Below, one piece after another: positions 27,871 to 36,286 of a DNA stretch of 64,000 nt (positions within the stretch are counted from its first letter, which is position 1; every line of letters begins with the position of its first letter). The position numbers were made by a program, and so were the translations under genes. The notes under the pieces are model-generated. The model searched no databases, was not told the origin of the DNA, and worked only from the letters and a program-made list of their open reading frames with translations. The stretch comes from Methanobacteriota archaeon (lineage in GTDB: Archaea > Thermoplasmatota > Poseidoniia > Poseidoniales > Thalassarchaeaceae), in the NCBI GenBank assembly GCA_002722595.1, contig PBMO01000021.1, positions 3,217 to 67,216 of the forward strand. Reading direction: 5' to 3'.

Positions 27871-29760
27871 ATGGGAAAAACACCAGTAATTGGAATTGAC
27901 TTAGGAACGACTAACAGTTGCGTAGCGACCATTGAGGGTGGTGAAGCAGTTGTTATTGCAAATGCAGAAGGAGCAAGAACCACACCAAGCGTGGTGGCTT
28001 TTGCTAAAGATGGTGAACGATTAGTAGGGGTTACTGCAAAGCGCCAAGCAGTAACTAACAATGAGCGAACCTTCATCTCAGTTAAGAGAGAAATGGGATC
28101 TGATTGGAAAGAAGGTGTTGATGAGAAGGAATACACACCACAAGAGATTTCTGCATTTATCCTGCAGAAGTTGAAAGCAGATGCTGAAGCCTACCTTGGT
28201 CATGAAATCAAGCAAGCTGTAGTTACTTGCCCTGCATATTTTACTGATGCACAACGCAAGGCAACTAAGGATGCAGGTAGAATTGCGGGTCTTGAAGTTC
28301 TTCGAATTATCAACGAACCAACAGCGGCAGCATTAGCCTATGGAGTCGATAAAGAAGACGACCAAACTATCCTGGTTTTTGATTTAGGCGGTGGTACATT
28401 TGATGTATCCATTCTCGAAATTTACCAAGTCGATGGGCAACCTCAAATCGAGGTAAAAGCCACAGCAGGAAACAACCGCCTAGGTGGAGATGATTTTGAC
28501 GAGAAGATTATCCATTGGTGTGTTTCAGAATTCAAGAAGAATAGTGGCATTGATTTGTCTGGAGATAACCAAGCGATGAGTCGTCTCAAGGAAGCTGCTG
28601 AGAAGGCCAAGATTGAGTTATCTGGAACCCAAACTAGCCATATTAATCTCCCATTTATTACGATGAAAGATGGGAACCCGGAGCATCTAGATCTAAACTT
28701 GTCTCGTGCACAGTTTGATGATTTGACTGCGCCTTTAGTTGAGGCGACAATGAAACCTACACAGCGTGCGATGAAGGATGCTGGTGTTACAGCTGGTGAC
28801 ATTGACAAGATTCTTCTTGTTGGTGGAAGCACTAGGATTCCTGCAGTTCAAGCGGCAATTGAAAAAGAAACAGGAAAGGCACCATTCAAGGGAATTAACC
28901 CTGATGAAGCCGTAGCAATGGGTGCTGCACTACAGGCCGGAATTATTGTCGGTGATGAGGGTGTAACCGATGTATTACTGCTCGACGTTACGCCACTCAG
29001 TCTTGGAATTGAGACCCTCGGTGGCGTTGCCACTCCAATGATTGAACGCAACACAACCATTCCAACGCGTCGCTCTGAAGTTTTCAGTACGGCTGCAGAC
29101 AATCAGCCTGCTGTTGAAGTTCACGTTCTGCAAGGTGAGCGGAAGTTCGCCAAGGATAATGTCACACTAGGCAAATTCTTCCTAGAAGGAATCCCACAGG
29201 CGCCTCGTGGTATTCCCAAGATTGAGGTCACCTTCGATATTGATGCAAATGGTATTGTTAGTGTGTCTGCTAAAGACATGGGTACAGGCAAGGAACAATC
29301 CATTCGAATCGAGAGTGCGACCAGCCTTTCAGAAGATGAGATACAACAGAAGATTTCGGAAGCTGAGCAATTTGCTGCTGAGGATGAAGAACGTCAGAAG
29401 AAGGTCGAGTTGCGTAATACTGCAGACAATATCGTGTACCAGACACGTCGAACACTAAAGGAAGCAGGTGACAAACTCGAGGGCGAAGATACCTCAGCGG
29501 TTGAAGACAAACTCACTGAACTTGAGGCCATGATTCGAACCGATGATGGTCTCGTAGCAGATGATGATCTCGATGAAGAAGCCATTCAGGCCAAGGTCCA
29601 GGAACTCGAAGAGGCCATGCATGGCATTTCATCAAAGTTGTATGAAGCAGCCGCTGCCAACATGGCAGAGGAAGAGAGTGGTGATCACACTGGCATGGAT
29701 GGTGCTGATGATGTGGTCGATGCCGACTTCGAAGTCGTCGATGATGACAACGATGAATGA
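27871..29760 (+). CDS. dnaK: Hsp70 chaperone DnaK
   Basis: [17 protein letters not shown] and VGGSTRIP motifs are present. GGAGG lies 8 nt upstream of the ATG at 27871. Confidence 0.97.
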   Translation: MGKTPVIGIDLGTTNSCVATIEGGEAVVIANAEGARTTPSVVAFAKDGERLVGVTAKRQAVTNNERTFISVKREMGSDWKEGVDEKEYTPQEISAFILQKLKADAEAYLGHEIKQAVVTCPAYFTDAQRKATKDAGRIAGLEVLRIINEPTAAALAYGVDKEDDQTILVFDLGGGTFDVSILEIYQVDGQPQIEVKATAGNNRLGGDDFDEKIIHWCVSEFKKNSGIDLSGDNQAMSRLKEAAEKAKIELSGTQTSHINLPFITMKDGNPEHLDLNLSRAQFDDLTAPLVEATMKPTQRAMKDAGVTAGDIDKILLVGGSTRIPAVQAAIEKETGKAPFKGINPDEAVAMGAALQAGIIVGDEGVTDVLLLDVTPLSLGIETLGGVATPMIERNTTIPTRRSEVFSTAADNQPAVEVHVLQGERKFAKDNVTLGKFFLEGIPQAPRGIPKIEVTFDIDANGIVSVSAKDMGTGKEQSIRIESATSLSEDEIQQKISEAEQFAAEDEERQKKVELRNTADNIVYQTRRTLKEAGDKLEGEDTSAVEDKLTELEAMIRTDDGLVADDDLDEEAIQAKVQELEEAMHGISSKLYEAAAANMAEEESGDHTGMDGADDVVDADFEVVDDDNDE

Positions 29761-31239
29761 TTACTCAGTAATCAATCGATGTAGCGTTCGAACATGAATA
29801 CCAGTCGCGCCATTTGCAACCATTGCATTTGTTGAAGCACCCCATGCGGTACCAGCAATATCTAGGTGTGCCCATGGGATCTGTTCTCCATCTCGTTCCT
29901 GTACAAATTGCTTGAGGAAGCCAGCAGCAGTACAGGCTCCTCCCCACCGCCCTTTGCCCAAGTTTTGAACATCGGCGACTTTGGATCCAGTCATTTCTTT
30001 CTCAAATGCAGGTAGCAATGGCATGGGCCAAGCAATTTCATCCTCGGCATTTCCAGCCGCGTGAATTCGGGCGGACAAATCATCATTATTCGACCAAAGG
30101 CCACTGGCTTCATGCCCTAGTGCAACGACACATGCACCGGTTAGGGTTGCAAGATCGACGATATAAGATGGGTCGAGTTCTGCAGATTTCCATAAACCAT
30201 CAGCGAGTACGTTTCGACCTTCAGCATCGGTATTGAGGACTTCAATCGTCTTCCCAGAATACGTATCGATGATGTCGCCTGGGCGATATGCGCCCGCGCT
30301 TGGCATGTTTTCCGCCATGCAAGTAATTCCATTTACACGGCCTTTGTACCCACTTTCGTACAAGGCCACAAACAGTCCGAAGACCGTGGCTGATCCATGC
30401 ATGTCGAACTTCATGTCCCACATGCCAGCAGAAGGTTTGATCGAAATACCTCCTGTATCGAAAGTGATTCCTTTACCCACAATACAAGGAACTTGCTTGT
30501 TCTTATCTGTTGTCGGGTTGAGGCGGAAGAATACCATGCATGGCTTCCTCTCACTACCTTTACCTACTGCAATCACGCCATGCATGCCTTCCTTTTGCAG
30601 GCGTGCATAGTCCCAAACCTCAATTTCTACATTCGATTTATCTTTGGCCCACTCTGTTGCACGTCTCGCAAACTCCTCAGGATACATGATGTTGGCTGGT
30701 TCATTACCAAGTTCCCGAGCCATGTGAACTCCCTTCGTGATGGCTACAGATTTCGAAACCTCTGATTTCAGAATCTCTTGGTGTCGGCGACTAGCTTGGC
30801 AATCTAGACTCCAATTCTCTTGGTTCTCATCATCGTTCTTCTGCAGATATTTGTCAAAATCATAGTCACGGAGAATCATTCCTTCTGCAAACAAAGCCAT
30901 CATCGAAGTTGTCCACCCTGTGGTGAATCTTACAGTGATATTCGTACCATAGTCTTTGGAAAGTGCAGCCAAGGTTTTTGCCCCACCATCACGACATTCT
31001 TTGTCACTGGGACATTCACCCATTCCCACCAAGACAACTCGACATTCTGGTGTCCAAACACTGAGGTGCTTACCATTTTTTCCTGTAAATGATTCACTGG
31101 CAAGTGCTTCATTGACCAAACTTCGCTGTGTTCTCGACAAACCGTTCAAGGCGTTGTTTGGAGCCTTTTCTGTGCCCTCAAATAGGGGTAAAACCAGAAT
31201 ATCTCCAATGTGGCTAAATTCGCTTACGTTTGCATCCAT
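29761..31239 (-). CDS. pepA: Leucyl aminopeptidase (M17)
   Basis: VGKGITFDTGG and NTDAEGR motifs are present. Confidence 0.92.
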   Translation of the reverse strand: MDANVSEFSHIGDILVLPLFEGTEKAPNNALNGLSRTQRSLVNEALASESFTGKNGKHLSVWTPECRVVLVGMGECPSDKECRDGGAKTLAALSKDYGTNITVRFTTGWTTSMMALFAEGMILRDYDFDKYLQKNDDENQENWSLDCQASRRHQEILKSEVSKSVAITKGVHMARELGNEPANIMYPEEFARRATEWAKDKSNVEIEVWDYARLQKEGMHGVIAVGKGSERKPCMVFFRLNPTTDKNKQVPCIVGKGITFDTGGISIKPSAGMWDMKFDMHGSATVFGLFVALYESGYKGRVNGITCMAENMPSAGAYRPGDIIDTYSGKTIEVLNTDAEGRNVLADGLWKSAELDPSYIVDLATLTGACVVALGHEASGLWSNNDDLSARIHAAGNAEDEIAWPMPLLPAFEKEMTGSKVADVQNLGKGRWGGACTAAGFLKQFVQERDGEQIPWAHLDIAGTAWGASTNAMVANGATGIHVRTLHRLITE

Positions 31240-31336
31240 ATAATCACTGAACTCGCCGATTCAGTTCCGATATACAAAGGGTTGCGTCCCTGAATCCGCC
31301 CTTAATCGACGATTTCCACCAAGAAAATGCCCAAAA

Positions 31337-32668
31337 TCAAATCAAATCTTCACTTTTACGGATTCCAGCCAAACCAATTGCTAATACTGCTAGCATTGGG
31401 GATGCGAATGGGAGGAACCCCGAATCATCAGAATCCAATATCTCAACGAGATCCTCATGAATCGATTCGTTGACCCAAATACTAGCATCAATGACACGCT
31501 TTTGGTAGTACAACTCAAAGTAACCCGTGTCACTAATCGTCAAATTTGAGGTGTCGAGAGATACCTGTGTATTGTTGGTAGCATTGACTCCAAATGCTTC
31601 TGAGGTCCATTGAACGTCACCGTCAACGATGTAACGAACGGTAGCATTTGATGTACTAGCTCGCCCCAAGTTGTCGACGTCAAGAGCAATTTTATTATCC
31701 TCGACAACGAATGAATTGATGGAAAGTCTCGCTCTCCAATACCATACATTATCGATAAGATATCGCATCACATCCATCTCTTCTCCCAATCGATCCTCTA
31801 GAGATTCAAAAGAACCTGGGACAAACTGTTCATCATCAGTTTCGAACGTGAATGTTGGAAAACCCATCACTCCATATCCATAGTCCCGACTCGTGCCGCA
31901 ATTGGGATATAATCCCTGATTTGCATTTTGGATTGGAATGTCTGAGATGTTTGCATGGACATCATCTCTGATGAAGTGAAAAAGTTCCCAATCTGAGGGT
32001 TGTTCAGGCCATTTCCCCCAAGGATAGAGCATAATCCAAACCCCTGTATGCATGGTTACATACAGATCAGCATCAGGAACCTCTGTATTCATGTAAATCG
32101 AATTTGCATGTGTTTCAGATTCGCTGAATGCACTACTACCCGGTTGTGTGGTCGGACAGGTATTCCAATAATGGTCGTAATTTCGATTCAAATCGACTTG
32201 ATTGATATTCCAACGCGTATCGATATCGTTCCCATCAGGGTTGAGCATAATCAGAACGTGTATCTCTGAATTTTGTAAGACTCGGACAGCCTCCTCATCC
32301 CCATCATTCCAACCATTGATGTACCATTTAGCTGACAACCATGCGAGTGCGGTTCCCAAGTACTCATTGCCATGGTGGCCCCCATCAATGTAGATGATCT
32401 CTTTTGGACCCCCATCTGATTTTGTTTCCATTGACCAATCGGACAATCGAACCACCCAGAGAGTCTTTCCAAGTTCGGATTTACCAACATCAACTAAATC
32501 TACAATATCTGGGTTTTCATCAGCCCACTCATTGACTTCGAGTGTCATTGCAGCCCAAGTCATGTGCACATGATTATCAACAGGTTCTCCCGGCCATTCC
32601 TGTTCACCAGTAACGATTGCTGGTGTCATAATCATGACCACAAGAAACACCGCAAGCCCGCGCATCAT
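31337..32668 (-). CDS. Secreted zinc carboxypeptidase (M14) with C-terminal membrane anchor
   Basis: Signal peptide MMRGLAVFLVVMIMTPAIVTG and HxxE zinc motif (GGHHGNEY). The C-terminal SGFLPFASPMLAVLAIGLAGIRK resembles PGF-CTERM-type sorting tails, at low confidence. Confidence 0.85.
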   Translation of the reverse strand: MMRGLAVFLVVMIMTPAIVTGEQEWPGEPVDNHVHMTWAAMTLEVNEWADENPDIVDLVDVGKSELGKTLWVVRLSDWSMETKSDGGPKEIIYIDGGHHGNEYLGTALAWLSAKWYINGWNDGDEEAVRVLQNSEIHVLIMLNPDGNDIDTRWNINQVDLNRNYDHYWNTCPTTQPGSSAFSESETHANSIYMNTEVPDADLYVTMHTGVWIMLYPWGKWPEQPSDWELFHFIRDDVHANISDIPIQNANQGLYPNCGTSRDYGYGVMGFPTFTFETDDEQFVPGSFESLEDRLGEEMDVMRYLIDNVWYWRARLSINSFVVEDNKIALDVDNLGRASTSNATVRYIVDGDVQWTSEAFGVNATNNTQVSLDTSNLTISDTGYFELYYQKRVIDASIWVNESIHEDLVEILDSDDSGFLPFASPMLAVLAIGLAGIRKSEDLI

Positions 32669-32704
32669 ACCGCTGGTGTGGTGATGTGGATTTGAGATTA
32701 TGCC

Positions 32705-33616
32705 TCATTCGTTAAGCAGACAACTTAGCAAAATTGGAAGCACGATGGTCGCATCGGATTCGATAACAAATTTTGGAGTCTCAACCCCTAACTTGTCCCA
32801 ACTGATCTTTTCATTTGGGGGGGCGCCTGAGTAGCCCCCGTAGGATGGGCGAGATTCTGAAATTTGTGCAAACCATGCCCAAAGCGGCACATCTTCACCG
32901 AGATCTTGTCGCAACATGGGTACAGCACAAATGGGGAAGTCCCCGGCAATTCCTCCACCTACTTGCAGGAATCCGTTATTGGGATTTTCACGAACCCAAT
33001 CCGCCAAGGTAAGCATGTAGTGTGTGCCCCCAAGTACGGCATTGATGTTGACAGTTCCATCTATCACGCGAGCAGCAAAGATGTTGCCAAGTGTTGAATC
33101 TTCCCAACCAGGCACGAACAACGGCAAATTCAATTCTGCAGCAGCGAGAAGCCAAGAGTCAGCAGGTTCGGCATCAGCCTCAATATTTTTCACCACATCA
33201 TAGAGAAATTCATGTGGCAACCTCCCATGAGAATCTTTCCATAAAGAAACCAATTGAGATTCAACTTTTCGAATAGCATTTTCTTCCGGTAAAGTTCTAT
33301 TGGTAATTCGATTTTTCAATTGAGATTCTTCACTTGGCGAAAGGTCCCTCCAATTTGGAATGTCTCCATAATGTGAAGCTGCGATTAGTTGAAACAAATC
33401 CTCTTCCAAATTGGCACCCGTGCAACAAATCGCATGCACTTTGCCTTCTCTAATGGCTGGGGCCAAACTTCGTCCGATTTCAGCAGTACTCATGGCTCCA
33501 GCAAGTGTAATCATCAGCCGCCCATGATTTTCGACAAATTGACGCAATGATTCGGCACATCGACGTAATTCACCAGCATTGAAATGGCGAAAATGTCGAT
33601 CAACGAAATCTCGCAT
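32705..33616 (-). CDS. dys: Deoxyhypusine synthase
   Basis: The overall N-terminus (RHFNAGELRR..., LAGAMSTAE) and the VGGGIAGDF motif are typical of DHS. Confidence 0.85.
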   Translation of the reverse strand: MRDFVDRHFRHFNAGELRRCAESLRQFVENHGRLMITLAGAMSTAEIGRSLAPAIREGKVHAICCTGANLEEDLFQLIAASHYGDIPNWRDLSPSEESQLKNRITNRTLPEENAIRKVESQLVSLWKDSHGRLPHEFLYDVVKNIEADAEPADSWLLAAAELNLPLFVPGWEDSTLGNIFAARVIDGTVNINAVLGGTHYMLTLADWVRENPNNGFLQVGGGIAGDFPICAVPMLRQDLGEDVPLWAWFAQISESRPSYGGYSGAPPNEKISWDKLGVETPKFVIESDATIVLPILLSCLLNE

Positions 33617-33617
33617 A

Positions 33618-33983
33618 TTAGTCCTCCATCACAAATCGATCAATTTCGGTTCTTTGGACCAAATGAATTGTTGGAATAGAATCTACTAATTTAGCATGAA
33701 TATCATCAGCGATTCCAGCAGGATTGACATCACCGCATGTAAAACAATCCACCGCTAGGATACCTTCGTCTGCGTAGCAGTGTGCACTAACGTGACTTTC
33801 ATCGATGAGGACGACTGCTGCAAATCCAAGTGGGCTCACACTCCCATCGAAGATAGAAACATGTGCATGTACTTCCCTTGCGTTCGATTTTGCAACAGAG
33901 GATTGCAATACATCTAGCATCCAGTTTCCATTACCTCTGAATCCAGAATAGTCCAAGGTGATATGCCGCCCTTTTGATTTCAT
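33618..33983 (-). CDS. speH: Pyruvoyl-dependent S-adenosylmethionine decarboxylase proenzyme (small SpeH class; an arginine-decarboxylase paralogue is not excluded)
   Basis: Self-cleavage motif ESHVSAH in a roughly 120-aa protein. It overlaps speB by 4 nt. Confidence 0.75.
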   Translation of the reverse strand: MKSKGRHITLDYSGFRGNGNWMLDVLQSSVAKSNAREVHAHVSIFDGSVSPLGFAAVVLIDESHVSAHCYADEGILAVDCFTCGDVNPAGIADDIHAKLVDSIPTIHLVQRTEIDRFVMED

Positions 33984-34894
33984 TGTAGTCCCTCCAATTT
34001 CCGTGCGAGAAATGCTGCAGTAATTTTTGTGGCCAACATTGCAGCTGTGAATTCAGTAACGTGATTATTTGGATCGGGTACGATTTCATTGATATCGGCC
34101 CCAATCCAGTTTATTGATTTGTTAAGTGAGATTGTTTCGATAGTATCTACAATTTGCCAATATGCAAGCCCACCTGGGACGGGAGTACCTGTTGTAGGTG
34201 CATAAGCAGGATTTAATCCATCAATATCTAATGTAAGCCAAACTGGGCCATTCAGCGATGATAGGGTGCTAAGCCAAGACTTCCAATGTTCTTCTCCACC
34301 ACAGGGATTCAGAATATCTCTAGCTAACCATAAATCGACTCTTTCGTCGGATTCAGCGAACTCTACTTCCTCTCTTGAGATTGCGCGAATACCGATTTGA
34401 AGAATCTTATTTACACCTAATTCTAGAGTTCTCCGAGCGGCACAAGCATGACTATCAGGGTCTCCATTCAGATGTTCGCGTAAATCTGCATGTGCATCAA
34501 TTTGTACTATTGTTAATTCTTGCAAATCTACACGCTCTGAAACTGCTCGAATTATAGCAGGTAACATTCCGTGCTCTCCACCTAAAATTATCGGGAATCC
34601 GGATTCAAAGGATGCAACATAACGGGATATACCATCCAATTGTTCTTGTAATGTATTTCCACTTCCATCCCATGGTTTAGCAGTATGAATTGAAAATCCA
34701 CAAGGTAAATCATTTGGCAACAAAGGATCGTATAATTCCACCTGTGCTGATGCAGAAATAGTCGCAATAGGTCCATGGCATGTGCCTTGTCCATAAGATG
34801 TAGTCAATTCGTAAGGAACCGACATTACAACAACATCGGGGTCCCCGTCTAGTTGAGGAATCCCGAGAAATGCCCCTTCCTTGAATTCGGTCAC
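33980..34894 (-). CDS. speB: Agmatinase (ureohydrolase/arginase family)
   Basis: Mn-binding motifs GGEHGM, DAHADL and LTLDIDGLNP are present. Confidence 0.88.
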   Translation of the reverse strand: MTEFKEGAFLGIPQLDGDPDVVVMSVPYELTTSYGQGTCHGPIATISASAQVELYDPLLPNDLPCGFSIHTAKPWDGSGNTLQEQLDGISRYVASFESGFPIILGGEHGMLPAIIRAVSERVDLQELTIVQIDAHADLREHLNGDPDSHACAARRTLELGVNKILQIGIRAISREEVEFAESDERVDLWLARDILNPCGGEEHWKSWLSTLSSLNGPVWLTLDIDGLNPAYAPTTGTPVPGGLAYWQIVDTIETISLNKSINWIGADINEIVPDPNNHVTEFTAAMLATKITAAFLARKLEGLQ

Positions 34895-35026
34895 AGAACA
34901 GACGCGGGCAATCCATCGTTTAATGGTGACGAAACCGCATGATGTAGCCTAATTGCTAACCCAAATCGCCAACTGTTGAAATAGGGCCCCCTCCTCCCCT
35001 GTAACGTTGCCGAGGATTTTCGGCGC

Positions 35027-35443
35027 ATGGGGGAATATGAAATGGGAATGAGTTTAGCATCTCTAACTGCTGCCATTCAAACCCATATTGATCCTGATAT
35101 GGATACTGTCACTGCTGAAGGCATGGCTGAACATGCCCTTGGTTTCTTTGGTTTCTATGATCGCATCATTGACAATGCACTTGAACCAACAGATAGAAAT
35201 CTGTTTTACATGTTCCAGGATTACGATTTGTTGACAACTGAATCAGAGGAAACAACACTTTGGGATGGCCGTGAATGGCGTATTCATTATTGGAAATTTA
35301 AACCAGAAGCCGTCAATGCTTTGGAAAAGCCAAAGAAGAAAGTGATCGATGATGACCCTTATGCTGGAATATATGATGATGTTCCAGATGGATTATGGCG
35401 CACCCTTTCTGATGACGATTACGAAGAACCACTTTGGGATTAA
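35027..35443 (+). CDS. Acidic hypothetical protein (138 aa)
   Basis: Clean ORF with a D/E/W/Y-rich composition (LWDGREWRIHYWKF...DDDYEEPLWD). No recognisable motif. Confidence 0.6.
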   Translation: MGEYEMGMSLASLTAAIQTHIDPDMDTVTAEGMAEHALGFFGFYDRIIDNALEPTDRNLFYMFQDYDLLTTESEETTLWDGREWRIHYWKFKPEAVNALEKPKKKVIDDDPYAGIYDDVPDGLWRTLSDDDYEEPLWD

Positions 35444-35444
35444 G

Positions 35445-35516
35445 TGCACACGCCGAGATTTGAACTCGGGTGGTATGGTTGGGAACCATACATCATAACC
35501 ACTAGATCACGTGTGC
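35445..35516 (-). tRNA. tRNA-Gly (anticodon CCC), CCA not encoded
   Basis: Hand-folded cloverleaf. The acceptor stem GCACACG/CGTGTGC is a perfect 7 bp with discriminator A. The D-arm is ATCT/tGAT with a GG-containing loop. The anticodon stem TATGG/CCATA carries loop TT-CCC-AA. The T-arm is CCGAG-TTCAAAT-CTCGG. Confidence 0.9.
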
Positions 35517-35517
35517 A

Positions 35518-36156
35518 TCAGAATCGGCGTTTTCTATGTTGCCGTGTACAATCTACGCCGGGAAATTGGTCTTCAGTTTCACGGTACACAGTTTTCAGAT
35601 TTTTCACAAATTTCTCATCTCGGACTAAAAGAACGAAATCTTTGACACCTGGGTCTTCTTCAGCATCTAACCAACCAAGAAGGATTTCCATTGTCATTCT
35701 TGCACCTTCACGATGTGGGTACGCATAAATCCCCATTGAAAGCGGTGGACAAACCATTGTTTCAACGGTTCCCAAGGCCTTTACTTGCTCAAACATGGCT
35801 TCGTATGATTTACGAATTAATTCTCTTCGTCCTTCATCTTGACTTGGCCTCCGGCAATCTGGCCCGACTACATGAATAAGATGCTCATGTGGTAAATCAA
35901 AAGCTGAAGTCGTTACTGCAGTACCTACTGGACACGGCTGCATATTTTTTGCACGTTGTGCCTTACTAATTTCGATACACTTTTCCCGCAACTTTTCTCC
36001 AGCAGCTGTGTGCATTTTAGCATCTAAGCCTTCCCGGCCAGCTAATCTGTTGTTCGCACATGTGACTGCAACCTGTGCCTCATATCGAGTCAAATCTCCA
36101 GGTATCACACGAAGTAGTGAATGACGGCATTGCCTAGCGATGATAACGTCCGCCAT
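35518..36156 (-). CDS. Macro domain protein (ADP-ribose binding/hydrolase family)
   Basis: VTCANNRLAGREGLDAKMHTAAGEKL...CPVGTAVTTSAFDLPHEHLIHVVGP matches the macro-domain core (N..L..G.G.d..i..aaG...G.a..t.....l....iiH.vGP). The start is placed at the ATG at 36156. The ORF opens at 36192. Confidence 0.8.
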   Translation of the reverse strand: MADVIIARQCRHSLLRVIPGDLTRYEAQVAVTCANNRLAGREGLDAKMHTAAGEKLREKCIEISKAQRAKNMQPCPVGTAVTTSAFDLPHEHLIHVVGPDCRRPSQDEGRRELIRKSYEAMFEQVKALGTVETMVCPPLSMGIYAYPHREGARMTMEILLGWLDAEEDPGVKDFVLLVRDEKFVKNLKTVYRETEDQFPGVDCTRQHRKRRF

Positions 36157-36286
36157 ACTTCGACAGGGGGGGGCGGTGTGCTTTATGCCCATCGCCGATT
36201 TATGTCAATTGGATACCATTATTCAACATAATGCAGCCTCATCAAACTGCCGACATTGTCAAAAGTTGATTGATAGGGCCGAGTTT

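Noticed and set aside
35444-35728. 94-aa plus-strand ORF
   Set aside because: It begins inside the tRNA-Gly gene and runs antisense to the macro-domain gene. The translation has no features.
36140-36286. Upstream 49-codon extension of the giant adhesin ORF
   Set aside because: It would overlap the divergent macro-domain gene start and remove any promoter space. The in-frame GTG at 36287 yields a proper signal peptide.
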